Below are positions 33,172 through 46,700 of a DNA stretch of 64,000 nt, piece by piece. The position numbers and the translations under genes were made by a program. Location of the stretch: positions 124,001 through 188,000 of the forward strand of contig NIVC01001611.1 of NCBI GenBank assembly GCA_002269645.1, given 5' to 3'. The notes under the pieces were generated by a model. That model was not told where the DNA came from. It made no database searches and saw only the letters and a program-made list of their open reading frames with translations. Each line of letters begins with the position of its first letter. Within the stretch, counting starts at the first letter, position 1. Source of the stretch: Macrostomum lignano (taxonomy: Eukaryota).

Positions 33172-34215
33172 CATGCTAGATTAGCAATCTATTACATTCC
33201 TTTATCAGTGTGTATTGGCTAGATTAGCAATCCATTCTGTGATATTTTATCAGTTTGTATTGGCTAGATTAGCAATCCATTCTATGACCCTTTATCAGTG
33301 TGTATTGGCTAGATTAGCAATCCATTCTATGACCCTTTATCAGTGTGTATTGGCTAGATTAGCAATCCATTCTGTGATATTTTATCAGTTTGTATTGGCT
33401 AGATTAGCAATCCATTCTATGACCCTTTATCAGTGTGTATTGGCTAGATTAGCAATCCATTCTGTGATATTTTATCAGTTTGTATTGGCTAGATTAGCAA
33501 TCCATTCTATGACCCTTTATCAGTGTGTATTGGCTAGATTAGCAATCCATTCTATGACCCTTTATCAGTGTGTATTGGCTAGATTAGCAATCCATTCTGT
33601 GATATTTTATCAGTGTGTATTGGCTAGATTAGCAATCCATTCTATGACCCTTTATCAGTGTGTATTGGCTAGATTAGCAATCCATTCTGTGATATTTTAT
33701 CAGTGTGTATTGGCTAGATTAGCAATCCATTCTATGACCCTTTATCAGTGTGTATTGGCTAGATTAGCAATCCATTCTGTGATATTTTATCAGTGTGTAT
33801 TGGCTAGATTAGCAATCCATTCTGTGATATTTTATCAGTTTGTATTGGCTAGATTAGCAATCCATTCTATGACCCTTTATCAGTGTGTATTGGCTAGATT
33901 AGCAATCCATTCTGTGATATTTTATCAGTTTGTATTGGCTAGATTAGCAATCCATTCTATGACCCTTTATCAGTGTGTATTGGCTAGATTAGCAATCCAT
34001 TCTGTGATATTTTATCAGTTTGTATTGGCTAGATTAGCAATCCATTCTATGACCCTTTATCAGTGTGTATTGGCTAGATTAGCAATCCATTCTATGACCC
34101 TTTATCAGTGTGTATTGGCTAGATTAGCAATCCATTCTGTGATATTTTATCAGTGTTTATTGGCTAGATTAGCAATCCATTCTGTGACCCTTTATCAGTG
34201 TGCATTGGCTAGATT
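33172..34215. repeat. 45-bp minisatellite with two interleaved variants
   Basis: TGGCTAGATTAGCAATCCATTCT followed by ATGACCCTTTATCAGTGTGTAT or GTGATATTTTATCAGT(T/G)TGTAT; ~23 copies. Confidence 0.95.
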
Positions 34216-34702
34216 CTATTATTTCATCCCTTTATGAAGAAATATTACTGTCACAATAACCCTCAAGCGGCCAGAAAATTCCGTTTTTAGTAAGTCAGAA
34301 GTTTGCAAGTACAACATGTCCTTTGTAGCATGGTGAACTATACTTCAGTGCTAAGAGAAGGTTAGAGTTATAAAATTATGTGCAGGTGATGTTTCACAGT
34401 CTGCTCAAATTTGGTCTAATTAAATTGATTGGTACCGCATGCGCTTATAGCTAATCAGCTCCCTTAGCTTCATACTCAGCCTCAGCATCGTCCACTCTTC
34501 ATCAGCAGAGTTACACTTGTTCACTCAATGTATGTCCCACATCAATTCTGCAGTAATTAAATTATTGATTTATTTATTTTTCAAGGTCATTGTTAGATAC
34601 CTGGAGTGTTTTGTTTGGTTCTCGATGATATGGCTTCTGGCGCCGATTTCACAATGAGTGGCGCCGATTTCACAAAGAGTGGCGCCGCTTTCGCAATGAG
34701 TG

Positions 34703-35115
34703 GACTCGGGATCGGGACTCGGGATCTGGACTTCGGATCGGGACTCGGGACTCGGGACTCGGGATCGGGACTCGGGATCTGGACTCGAGATCGGAACTTG
34801 ATACTGGGACTCGGGATCTGGACTTGGGACTTCGGATCGGGACTCGGGACTCGAGATTCGGGATCGGGACTCGGGATCTGGACTCGGGATTGGGACTCGG
34901 GACTTCGGATCGGGACTCGGGACTCGGGATTCGGGATCGGGACTCGGGATCTGGACTCGGGATTGGGACTCGGGACTTCGGATCGGGACTCGGGATTCGG
35001 GATCGGGACTCGGGATCTGGGCTCGGGACTCGGGACTTCGGATCGGGACTCGGGATTCGGGATCGGGACTCGGGACTTCGGATCGGGACTCGGGACTCGG
35101 GATTCGGGATCGGGA
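34703..35115. repeat. 6-7-bp GGACTCG/GGATCG compound repeat
   Basis: Direct reading. Confidence 0.9.
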
Positions 35116-35279
35116 CAAAAGATCTATATACATGTAGGTTCGGCTCTCTGCCTATAAAAAGCTCCTTGCGGAAGGAAATACGAGCATATCAATCGATTTT
35201 AGACACAGACACCCAGATTGGCAACTTGTGTAAATATACAAGCCGATAAAAGGTGAACCCCAGTGCCCGTCATCTCGTC

Positions 35280-35525
35280 ATGGGGCTGTGCTGCTTGAGC
35301 TGCTTGCTAACAAACTGCTGCCTGAGCTGCATCAAGTCCACAGTCAGCTGTCTCTACAGCTGTATCTGCAGCTGCCTCTGCTGTTGCTGTCGGTCCAGAA
35401 ACAATAAAGACAAAAGCAAAAAAATCGATAAAAAGAATGAAAGTGCAAGAGGCAATGACTCAGAACCTGCTGTTGCTACCGAGACCGCTTCAGCTGATGC
35501 AACTGCTGCAAGAGCCAATGAGTGA
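35280..35525 (+). CDS. Candidate small Cys-rich, probably lipid-anchored protein (81 aa)
   Basis: MGLCC start, 14 Cys in the first 37 residues, then a basic stretch and an acidic/Ala tail. Non-repetitive, GC-richer than the 3' flank; TATAAAA at 35153-35159. Confidence 0.55.
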   Translation: MGLCCLSCLLTNCCLSCIKSTVSCLYSCICSCLCCCCRSRNNKDKSKKIDKKNESARGNDSEPAVATETASADATAARANE

Positions 35526-35729
35526 CAATTTCCTACTGAGCTTTTTCTGATCAGCACTGCAGTCAACAGTTTGTTTTATCCTACTTTTATTTTTGATGAA
35601 AATTTGTTTCTTTTTAAAGTACAAATGCACAGTGCAGTAATATAATCTAGCAAAGCAATTGCGCAACTCCCAGATTTTTAGAATTTTTTGTGGATTTGTA
35701 CGAAACTTTAGATTCTCGGATCTCTCCCG

Positions 35730-36560
35730 TGTCAATCAGATGTCAGATTCACGGGTGTCACTCAGATGTCAGATTCACGGGTGTCAATCAGATTCACAAG
35801 TGTCACTCAGATGTCAGATTCACTCACAGGTGTCAATCAGATGTCAGATTCACAGGTGTTAATCAGATGTCAGATTCCCAGGTGTCACTCGGATGTCACA
35901 TTCCCAGGTGTCACTCGGATGTCAGATTCACTCACAGGTGTCACTCGGATGTCAGATTCACAGGTGTCACTCGGATGTCAGATTCACTCACAGGTGTCAC
36001 TCGGATGTCAGATTCCCAGGTGTCACTCGGATGTCAGATTCCCAGGTGTCACTCGGATGTCAGATTCCCAGGTGTCACTCGGATGTCAGATTCACAGTTG
36101 TCACTCGGATGTCAGATTCACAGGTGTCAATCAGATGTCAGATTCACAGGTGTCAATCAGATGTCAGATTCACGGGTGTCACTCAGATGTCAGATTCACG
36201 GGTGTCAATCAGATGTCAGATTCACGGGTGTCAATCAGATTCACAGGTGTCAATCAGATTCACAGGTGTCACTCAGATTCACAGGTGTCACTCAGATGTC
36301 AGATTCACAGGTGTCACTCAGATTCACAGGTGTCACTCAGATGTCAGATTCACAGGTGTCACTCAGATGTCAGATTCACAGGTGTCACTCAGATGTCAGA
36401 TTCACAGGTGTCAATCAGATTCACAGGTGTCACTCAGATTCACAGGTGTCACTCAGATTCACAGGTGTCACTCAGATTCACAGGTGTCACTCAGATGTCA
36501 GATTCACAGGTGTCAATCAGATGTCAGATTCACAGGTGTCACTTGGATGCCAGATTCACA
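35730..36560. repeat. 26/19-bp minisatellite GTCACTCAGA(TGTCAGA)TTCACAGGT
   Basis: Long and short units are mixed. Confidence 0.93.
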
Positions 36561-37729
36561 GGTGTTATTAACACTCAGATCTACAGAAATCTGAGTTTAG
36601 AGGTACCAGCACCTGCTATACAAAATGTAATAATGAAGGCATGGAAAGCTATAAAATTTTCATTGAAGGTTCAACAGACAGCCAAGAGATGCTTATATAT
36701 AACCGTAATTATTATTATTATATTAATATTTAATCATAGCGTCATGCAATTATGCAGAATCATCTCGGGGAGGCAAAAGTCTTATAAAAGCAATTAGCAA
36801 GTTACAATTTCTTACAATATTTCAAACTTGAGTAAAGCAAAATATTTATAGGGATTTTTATATTATTTTTACAATACTCTGCTTCGATACTAATTATGAT
36901 TTCCTACAACTATGTAAGTTGGGCGCATTTATGTAGAAAAAAGCCAGCAAATTTACACATAAAACGTCGGTTTATTACTTCGTCGCGATCACACTACTAT
37001 CAATAGCAATCATTGCAAATAAGCGCAGAAATAATTTTTTTCTACGCAATAATTCTCTGTCGCAGAAAACTGCCCCTTTTTACACCCTAAAGCTGTTCAG
37101 TAGTAAGTAAAGCAAATTAATTGTATTATCTTTTGAAATTGGAAAATTAATTTGTCGTAGAAATTGTTAAACAGTAAGGATGGAAGATGTGGACATACTG
37201 GAGTAAATCATTCAGAGACAAAAAGCATGAAAAAGTATGAGAAAAAAGGGTTGGTATTTCTTCTGACAAATAGTACTGCACCCAAACGGCCGATTGAAGA
37301 AAATACAGCAGATTTACAGCATTCAGACTTTTATAATCGTAATAATTATATAATCTCTGCTGTGAGATGCGAGGCTCTCAGACAGCACAGAGAAAAATAG
37401 GGATGATTTGACTAAATATTTATCGTACGGTTGTCTCCCAGATGCTCTTCCCGATATGTATCGAAAAACAACTTTTATCTAACAATATTACCGAAGCAAC
37501 ATACACTACCTAATAGTCTAATGAAACTGCAAAAATACCTACCGAGATGTATCGATAAAATTTTCCCAATTAAAGAATCTAAAGAAGAGCCAAAATAGGG
37601 ACTATTATATATTTTATATTTCATATCACTTGGTAACGAAGTAAAAAGCTTGCGTTTATTAATTCAGTTTACTGAATTATTTCATATCACTTGGTAACGA
37701 AGTAAAAAGCTTGCGTTTATTAATTCAGT

Positions 37730-40700
37730 TTACTTTAACCAAGCTGTTCCCTCGGCAACGAAGGCAACGCTACCGTCGGCCGAGTGCTTGCTCAGTGCGC
37801 TCAGACACCGGGCCGCCTGGGACAGGGCCACCTCAAGCGCTGGACGCGACGGCTGGCAGCGAGATTCGAGTATGGCCGAGTTCAGAGCTCTGGCCAAGGG
37901 TTCGCGTTGTTCGCTGTCTAACAGATGCGACATTGGCGACTGGGCCGGCTGTTCGTAGGCAAGCAGGCTAATTGCGTCAGCGAATGGCGCCTGGTCAAGG
38001 CCGTGATTCACGCGGAGCGTGTGCAGCTCCCGGCCGAGCTGGATGGAGGGGTGGCGGCGGCACAGCAAAGGACTAATTAAGATAGGTAGAAGCGGCACAT
38101 CAAAGGACTAATTAAGATAGGTAGAAGCGGCAATAAAAAGGACTAATTAAGATAGGTAGAAGCGGTAATAAAAAGGACTAATTAAGATAGATAGAAGCGG
38201 CACATCAAAGGACTCATTAAGATAGATAGAAGCGGCACATCAAAGGACTAATTAAGATAGGTAGAAGCGGCACATCAAAGGACTAATTAAGATAGGTAGA
38301 AGCGGCAATAAAAAGGACTAATTAAGATAGGTAGAAGCGGCACATCAAAGGACTAATTAAGATAGGTAAAAGCGGCACATCAAAGGACTCATTAAGATAG
38401 GTAGAAGCGGCAATAAAAAGGACTTATTAAGATAGGTAGAAGCGGCACATCAAAGGACTAATTAAGGTAGGTAGAAGCGGCACATCAAAGGACTCATTAA
38501 GATAGGTAGAAGCGGCAATAAAAAGGACTTATTATGATAGGTAGAAGCGGCACATCAAAGGACTAATTAAGATAGGTAGAAGCGGCACATCAAAGGACTA
38601 ATTAAGATAGGTAGAAGCGGCACATCAAAGGACTAATTAAGATAGGTAGAAGCGGCACATCAAAGGACTAATTAAGATAGGTAGAAGCGGCAATAAAAAG
38701 GACTAATTAAGATAGGTAGAAGCGGCACATCAAAGGACCCATTAAGATAGATAGAAGCGGCACGTCAAAGGACTAATTAAAATAGGTAGAAGCGGCACAT
38801 CAAAGGACTAATTAAGATAGGTAGAAGCGGCAATAAAAAGGACTAATTAAGATAGGTAGAAGCGGCAATAAAAAGGACTAATTAAGATAGGTAGAAGCGG
38901 CAATAAAAAGGACTAATTAAGATAGGTAGAAGCGGCAATAAAAAGGACTAATTAAGATAGGTAGAAGCGGCACATCAAAGAACTCACTAAGATAGGTAGA
39001 AGCGGCACATCAAAGGACTAGAAGCGGCACATCAAAGGACCCTGGAAAATTCCGAGGTTAAACACCTAAGCCGTACCTGAAATATCCTATCAATATCGGT
39101 TGTCTTCTCTACGTCGCTTTTCGACACCGCCGAGCTGCCTTCTTCTCGCATTTCGACATCGCCGGAACCGCTGGCAGCCGCAGCGACAGCCAGCTGTGGA
39201 ATGGCGGAGCTGACGTCAGTTCGTGACACCAGCTCAATGAACTGGCGGCATTTCAATTGAAAGTGCAGGTTGGGATTGGCCGCCAGCAAACCCGGATGCA
39301 ACTCCTCCGTGCGTCGTAGGGCCTCGTCCAGATCGCCTTTTAATAGTAGGCTTAGTAGTCCTTGACGCGATCGGATGTCCTCGGCGGGTTCAATCAGGTC
39401 GATGCGGGCGGATTTGGCCAGAGCTTCGGCGGCGCCTGAATAGCCGTGATGGACCAGGAGGCCGCATACCAGACTGTCTACCGTGCGAACCCACTCGCCA
39501 TGCTTGTTGCTGACTGGATGGCGGGCCACCTGCGCGTGAAATCAAAGGAAGCTATTGGAAATGAAGGGAAGCTATTGGAAATGAAGGGAAGCTATTGGAA
39601 ATGAAGGGAAGCTATTGGAAATGAAGGGAAGCTATTGGAAATGAAGGGAAGCTATTGGAAGTAAAGGGAAGCTATTGTAAATGAAGGGAAGCTATTGTAA
39701 ACAAAGGGAAGCTATTGTAAACAAAGGGAAGCTATTGTAAACAAAGGGAAGCTATTGTAAACAAAGGGAAGCTATTGTCAATGAAGGGAAGCTATTGTAA
39801 ATGAAGGGAAGCTATTGTAAACAAAGGGAAGCTATTGTAAACAAAGGGAAGCTATTGTCAATGAAGGGAAGCTATTGTCAATGAAGGGAAGCTATTGTAA
39901 ATGAAGGGAAGCTATTGTAAATGAAGGGAAGCTATTGTAAATGAAGGGAAGCTATTGTAAATAAAGGGAAGCTATTGTAAATAAAGGGAAGCTATTGGAA
40001 ATGAAAAGAAGCTATTGTAAATGAAGGGAAGCTATTGGAAATGAAAAGAAGCTATTGGAAATGAAAAGAAGCTATTGGAAATGAAAAGAAGCTATTGGAA
40101 ATGAAGGGAAGCTATTGGAAATGAAGGGAAGCTATTGGAAATGAAGGGAAGCTATTAGAAATGAAGGGAAGCTATTGGAAATGAAGAGAAGCTATTGGAA
40201 ATGAAGGGAAGCTATTGGAAATGAAGGGAAACTATTGGAAATGAAGGGAAGCTATTGGAAATGAAGGGAAGCTATTGGAAATGAAGGGAAGCTATTGGAA
40301 ATGAAGGGAAGCTATTGTAAACAAAGGGAAGATATTGTCAATGAAGGGAAGCTATTGTAAATGAAAGGAAGCTATTGTAAATGAAGGGAAGCTATTGTAA
40401 ATGAAGGGAAGCTATTGGAAATGAAAAGAAGCTATTGTAATGAAGGGAAGCTATTGTAAACAAAGGGAAGCTATTGTAAACAAAGGGAAGCTATTGTAAA
40501 CAAAGGGAAGCTATTGTAAATGAAGGGAAGCTATTGTAAATGAAGGGAAGCTATTGTAAATGAAGGGAAGCTATTGTAAATGAAGGGAAGCTATTGTAAA
40601 TGAAGGGAAGCTATTGTAAATGAAGGGAAGCTATTGGAAATGAAAAGAAGCTATTGGAAATGAAGGGAAGCTATTGGAAATGAAGGGAAGCTATTGTAAA

Positions 40701-43700
40701 TGAAGGGAAGCTATTGTAAATGAAGGGAAGCTATTGTAAATGAAGGGAAGCTATTGTAAATGAAGGGAAGCTATTGTAAATGAAGGGAAGCTATTGTAAA
40801 TGAAAAGAAGCTATTGGAAATGAAGGGAAGCTATTGTAAATGAACGAAAGCTATTGTAAATGAAGGGAAGCTATTGGAAATGAAGGGAAGCTATTGTAAA
40901 TGAAAAGAAGCTATTGGAAATGAAAAGAAGCTATTGGAAATGAAGGGAAGCTATTGTAAATGAAAAGAAGCTATTGGAAATGAAGGGAAGCTATTGTAAA
41001 TGAAGGGAAGCTATTGTAAATGAAGGCAAGCTATTGGAAATGAAGGGAAGCTATTGGAAATGAAAAAAAAGCTATTGTAAATGAAAAGAAGCTATTGGAA
41101 ATGAAAAGAAGCTATTGGAAATGAAAAGAAGCTATTGTAAATGAAGGGAAGCTATTGGAAATGAAGGGAAGCTATTGGAAATGAAGGGAAGCTATTGTAA
41201 ATGAAGGGAAGCTATTGTAAACAAAGGGAAGCTATTGTAAATGAAGGGAAGCTATTGTAAATGAAGGGAAGCTATTGTAAACAAAGGGAAGCTATTGGAA
41301 ATGAAGGGAAGCTATTGTAAATGAAAGGAAGCTATTGTAAATGAAGGGAAGCTATTGTAAATGAAGGGAAGCTATTGTAAATGAAAGGAAGCTATTTTAA
41401 ATGAAGGGAAGCTATTGGAAATGAAGGGAAGCTATTGTAAATGAACGGAAGCTATTGGAAATGAAAAGAAGCTATTGGAAATGAAGGGTAGCTGGTGAAT
41501 ACGGAGGCAGACATTTAAAATTTCAAAAGGACAATGGATGGAACTAAAACTGACACAAAACATAATCATATACAGACATAAAACAAAAGCTTACAGAATC
41601 AAGGCAACCACAATAACAATGAGAACAAAGGGGCGAGTCAGCTCACCTGCGCCCTGACCCGATCTCTGGTCTCAGTCAGATAAGCCGGAAAATCGAACGC
41701 AAATTTCTCCGAGCCAAAATTGGCTTCAACAGTTTCTCCCTGACTCTGCAGGCCGACAACTGGATAGAAATTTGCGGACGGCGCAATGTCGGTGAACGGG
41801 CCGGAGCCCAGGAACAGGCCGTTCAATGTGAAGAAAATGCAGCGCTCGGCAAAGTTGATGCCGCAGCCGACAATGTCGCCGGTGCCAAATTTCGGCCCGA
41901 ATTCTACTCCCATAGTATTGCTCATGAAAGCGTTGCCATCGTCGCCATGGTAACCGTAGGAGTCCTTCTCCCAGCCTGGATGCCGATCGCTTTTAAAAGC
42001 GGCTCCTCTGTTCAAGCCGATGCCAATGTAGCCGTCCTTGCCTTTGTCCGTGACTCGGATTTCAAAGTAATAGGCGCCGCACAGGGGCGGAATTGGTGCA
42101 TCGGCTCTGACTGTGCCGGCGTCCTTTGACTTGGCGTTGCCTGCACAAGGGAGTGGCCAATTGATAAGAAATTTATAAGTAACAATAATTGATTACACCT
42201 GCCCTGATGGCAACTGACAGCTTAGCCATAGCTATTGCCTGGCACATTTGAAGGCTTGTGTTTTATTTCTGATTAAAGAGCCAACGCACATTAGTCCTTT
42301 AGTGCAAAATCTTGTTTTTGACTGCATTCTTTCTAGAAGTTCAAATTGTCCTACCATTGTGGTGTAATTTTTTATTTGTCTTTATTTTGTGGTGTCCCAT
42401 GTGTAGCAGTTAAGGCTTATCACAACCAAATTGAAAATCCATTAAACTGAATTAATGGTTTTGTTAGTATAAATTTTTTTTGTTTTTGTTTTCTTAAAAT
42501 AAATTAAGTATAAATTACGTATTGTTTTTTTGACATAACAAATACAATTATATTTTAGTTTTGTTAAACTATTTAGTTTTTGAAAAATATTGTCTGCAAC
42601 ATATGAAATATTAAAGACATTTGATCTCAAATGTGTTTTTCTTTGTGTTGTGTATGTATTAATGACACTGCTGGCATTGCAAATTTTACTCTTTGTTTTT
42701 GAATATTAGTCCTTATCTACACTTCAGATGGTATATATATATGCTAGAAAATTTGAGCATACAAAGGGACCTAGAGTATACCATTGGTATACAACTTAGC
42801 ATATAGAGAGGCCTGGCATGCCCTCTTGGTATATAGAGATTGTTGAGACAGCAGGAAGGACCATTGTGATTATGAGTCACAATGAGTACACAGTTAGTAT
42901 ACAAAAGTTAACAAGTTTAGGTGTGCATAAATAATCTCTATAAACATAACTAGTTACAATAACTAAATTTTGATCAAAAAGAATAGCTCCTAGTGTGGCC
43001 TTTCCGAAAAATGGAAAACTAAATATAAAATATTGTGTTTAACTTTTCTAAGAAGTTGAAAGTAAAACAAAAATTATTTAAAATAAACTAGTTTTAGATA
43101 TGGTGAAATCCAAAAATGTAGGATAAAATGGCAAAACAAATCTGTAGACATTTGATAGAAGGTAATGTATCTAAAAAAGCCTTCTGAAAGACAGATAAGT
43201 CTTTAAAATATTTCTAGATAAAAACTATTATTTTAATGCTTTAAAACATTAAATGAATGAGTAAAAAATCACAAAAAACATTTTAAAAGTCTAAGTTGAC
43301 CAATTCACAATTTTTTGTTTCACTTTTTTCATTATTAAACAATTAATTTTAGTACTTATTGACCTTAAAGAAGGCTAAATTTTTTACTACTTACAAAACA
43401 AAAAGTATACTGTGTTTTAGTTTTTCTTTTATTCAATAAGATGAAGGATTTCTAAGAATTTCTAAGTTTTTCTAAAACCATATAAACTTGCAAAGATCCA
43501 TACTAATTTTAGGTGCAAAGTTTGCCAGCAAGTATCTTTTTTTAAAAGTAAATGTACCGCTAATTCCTTGTTGCAAAATAATATTTAAGTTGTTTTCTTA
43601 ATCTTTCATTTAAATATCAACTTGCATAGTATTTGTGTATGTAATATAACTATTATGATACCATAAAATGTGAACCTGGCATCCAAATCAAATGCTTCCT

Positions 43701-46700
43701 AAAGGCTTATAAGGCAACAAATAATAATTAAATTACAATTAAATATGTATTATCACGGTGTGTATGTAGGAAAAAAGATTTTTCCAAATTACTTTAGTAG
43801 AAGCTGAGTAAAATGCAATTTTCCAATCTTTATGGGAATTTCAATGTTACCCAGCTTCAAATTAGATTCTTATTGTATGCTTATTTTGTGATGAAGAACA
43901 ATGAAATTACACTAAAATGTGTATCATTGCAGTATGTATGTAGGAAAAAAGAATTTTCCAAATTGCTTCAGTAGAAGCTGAGTAAAATGCAGTTTTTCAA
44001 TCCTTATGCAAATTTGTAAATGAGATAGTGCAGTAATAATAGTATAATACTGTATAATAGTTGTAATAGTTTACTTTTTTATGTTTCGTAGAAAACTCTA
44101 TTTTAAATCTACATTAAAAACAAATCTTTTATCCTTTGTTTAAATGTTGTTATAAAAATAATTTTCACAAATTTGTGTTAACTTGTTTCCTTTGTGTTAC
44201 AGTTCTACGAGCTAAATAACTTGTTCTGAATATATTTGTTCCTATATTAAATTGCTAGATTGCAGTATTCAAAAAGCCTTATTCATTTTCTAGAGTATTA
44301 AGCCCCTCATTGGGGGTATCAGAAACCACTAAAAGTGAGAATCGCCTCAGGGTAGGAAAAATACATAAGGCTGTGACCCTCTGATCCAGGGAACGCCCAG
44401 GACTGAGAGAAAACTTATAGGAGTAAATAGAGTAGACAGTGCCATTAGACCACTCAGGCCAAAGAGTACAGTACATGTACAGATGCTACCAATAAGGTAA
44501 GTAGATGCTACCAATATAGAAGTAGATGGAGAAGTAATGATGCTAACAATAGGTATAAGTACATTGGTACAAAAGTACATTAATAGAGAGAAGTTTAACC
44601 ACGCCTGTTACAACTTTGGTGGCATTGTGAGATTATCTATAAAGACAGAAGGTAGTCCTTTGACATATGCTTAAATAATAAACTTATGTTGAATACAGTA
44701 TTTATTGTAAACAAACTCTACAAAATACATGTTGTCAATAGTAACTTGCAAAAAATGCAAATAAGTGCAAAAAGGACCTTTATTTTTGTTAGTGAAAAAG
44801 GTCCTTTATTGTTGCAAGTGCAAAAAAGATCTTTTAGGCTTATTGTTGCAATGCCTTATGGGCCTATGTGTAAAGCATAATTACTGGCTGTGTGCCATGC
44901 ACAACTTTTGTGGCAGAGGAAAAATTTTCTTGCGTAGCTAGCATATCCATAAGACATGAACTAGAGGGTACCAACTAAACTGTGGAAACTGATGCAGATA
45001 CAGAATGGATTCGCAAACTAAAATTCAGATACAGATGCGTATTTCTATTTTGTGGAATCAATGCAGATATAAAAAGCAGATGCAGAAAATCTCCTGTCAA
45101 AACATTGATTTATATTCTACTTTATATCTGATTCTGTTTATTTTTAGATAAATTTTTCTTATTCAAATTTATTGTGAAAATGACAGAAAATCATTTTCTC
45201 CATTTTAAAAAAAAAACCAATCACAATGAGGAAATCATCAAGAGATTTACATGTACCCTACAGAATTGGCACACACCATGAAAACAAAAAACTAATCAAT
45301 CTAGACTTGAACTATCTAGTTGAACTATTTAGAATCCAAACTTAAACTTTACACACTTGTGGTCTCTGGAGGTACACATTTACATTTCTATTATATCTAG
45401 CGAGAAAAATAACTTCAGACCTATAATCAAATTTCTTATTTTCTACTATCAGTAGGGTATCTTGAAGCAGCTTTACTTTTGAAAAAAACAGAAAATGATT
45501 TCCCATCATTTTTCATAATAAATTTAAATGAGAACAATTTATTTAAAAATGGCCTAAATAGAAAAAGAAATAAAGCAGAATATATAAATCCATGAAAATC
45601 CTGAGATTTTCTATATCTGCTAGTTAATATCCACATTGATTCCACAAAATAGTAATCCACATCCACATCCATTTTAGTATGCAAATCCATTCCATATTTG
45701 CATCTGTTTTTGTAGTTCAGTTCATACTGGACTAGAGGGCCATAGTCAGGAAGGTGGCACAGTGTGCGCCGGAATAAATTTTTTGGGACGATCTGTGTGC
45801 CGTCTATGCGCCATCTATGTGTCATTTGTATGCTATCTGTGCGCTGTCTGTGCGCCATGTCTGTGCTCTTATTTTATGTATTTTACATCATTTACACAAT
45901 TTGCATAATTTATGTATTTTATGTAAATTACATAATTCATGACAAATTTACAAAATTCTTAGAATTCATGCATACTCAATTGCTACACTAGTTTTATGCT
46001 AATAAAGTTTCTATTTTGATTCCTTATGCACCAAAGTTGTACATAGCACTGCATATGTCAGGGACCTTATGCATTGCATGTGCCGCAATTATGCGCCATA
46101 TGCACTAGGGACCTCAGTGTGTGCCATGATTGTGCACCACATGTGCCAGGGACCTCAGTGTGCGCCATGATTATGTGCCAAGTGCGCCAAGGAACCCTTG
46201 TGTGCGCCAGAATTTTCCAATGCAAAGGCCACCTTCCTGACTATGGCTAGAGGGCAAGGGCCATATACTAAAAATGGTCTGTCAGTATATGTGTGTATGA
46301 TTGATTTTAGCAAAAATGGCTCAACCGATTTTGTTTAAACTTGCACTGTTCCATCAGAAATTTTTCTATGACGGTGCATGCAATGTGGCTAAGAAATAGC
46401 TCAATGCTAAAGGGATTAAATATTCGAAAAACATACTTTTTTGCAAAGGTCAAGCAGCTCTTTCAACTTGAAATGCATTGTAAGAATGCTAGAGAAAAAA
46501 CTGACTGTTGAATTCTGATTCTGAAATAGATTGCATCACAATAGGCTGTGTAGTGTATACTGGCTAAATTTTGACACTGAATTGAATTGTGTCACAGTAT
46601 TGAAAACGCAGTGTGGAAGCATAGCACCATACTTGATTTACATTGTGTAACCATATTGCTAACTTAAATAGAGACTAGTACTGACTTGCCTAAGAAATTG

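Noticed and set aside
33172-39040. CRISPR-like appearance of the 45-, 26- and 35-bp arrays
   Set aside because: No unique spacers, no cas genes, eukaryotic intron context.
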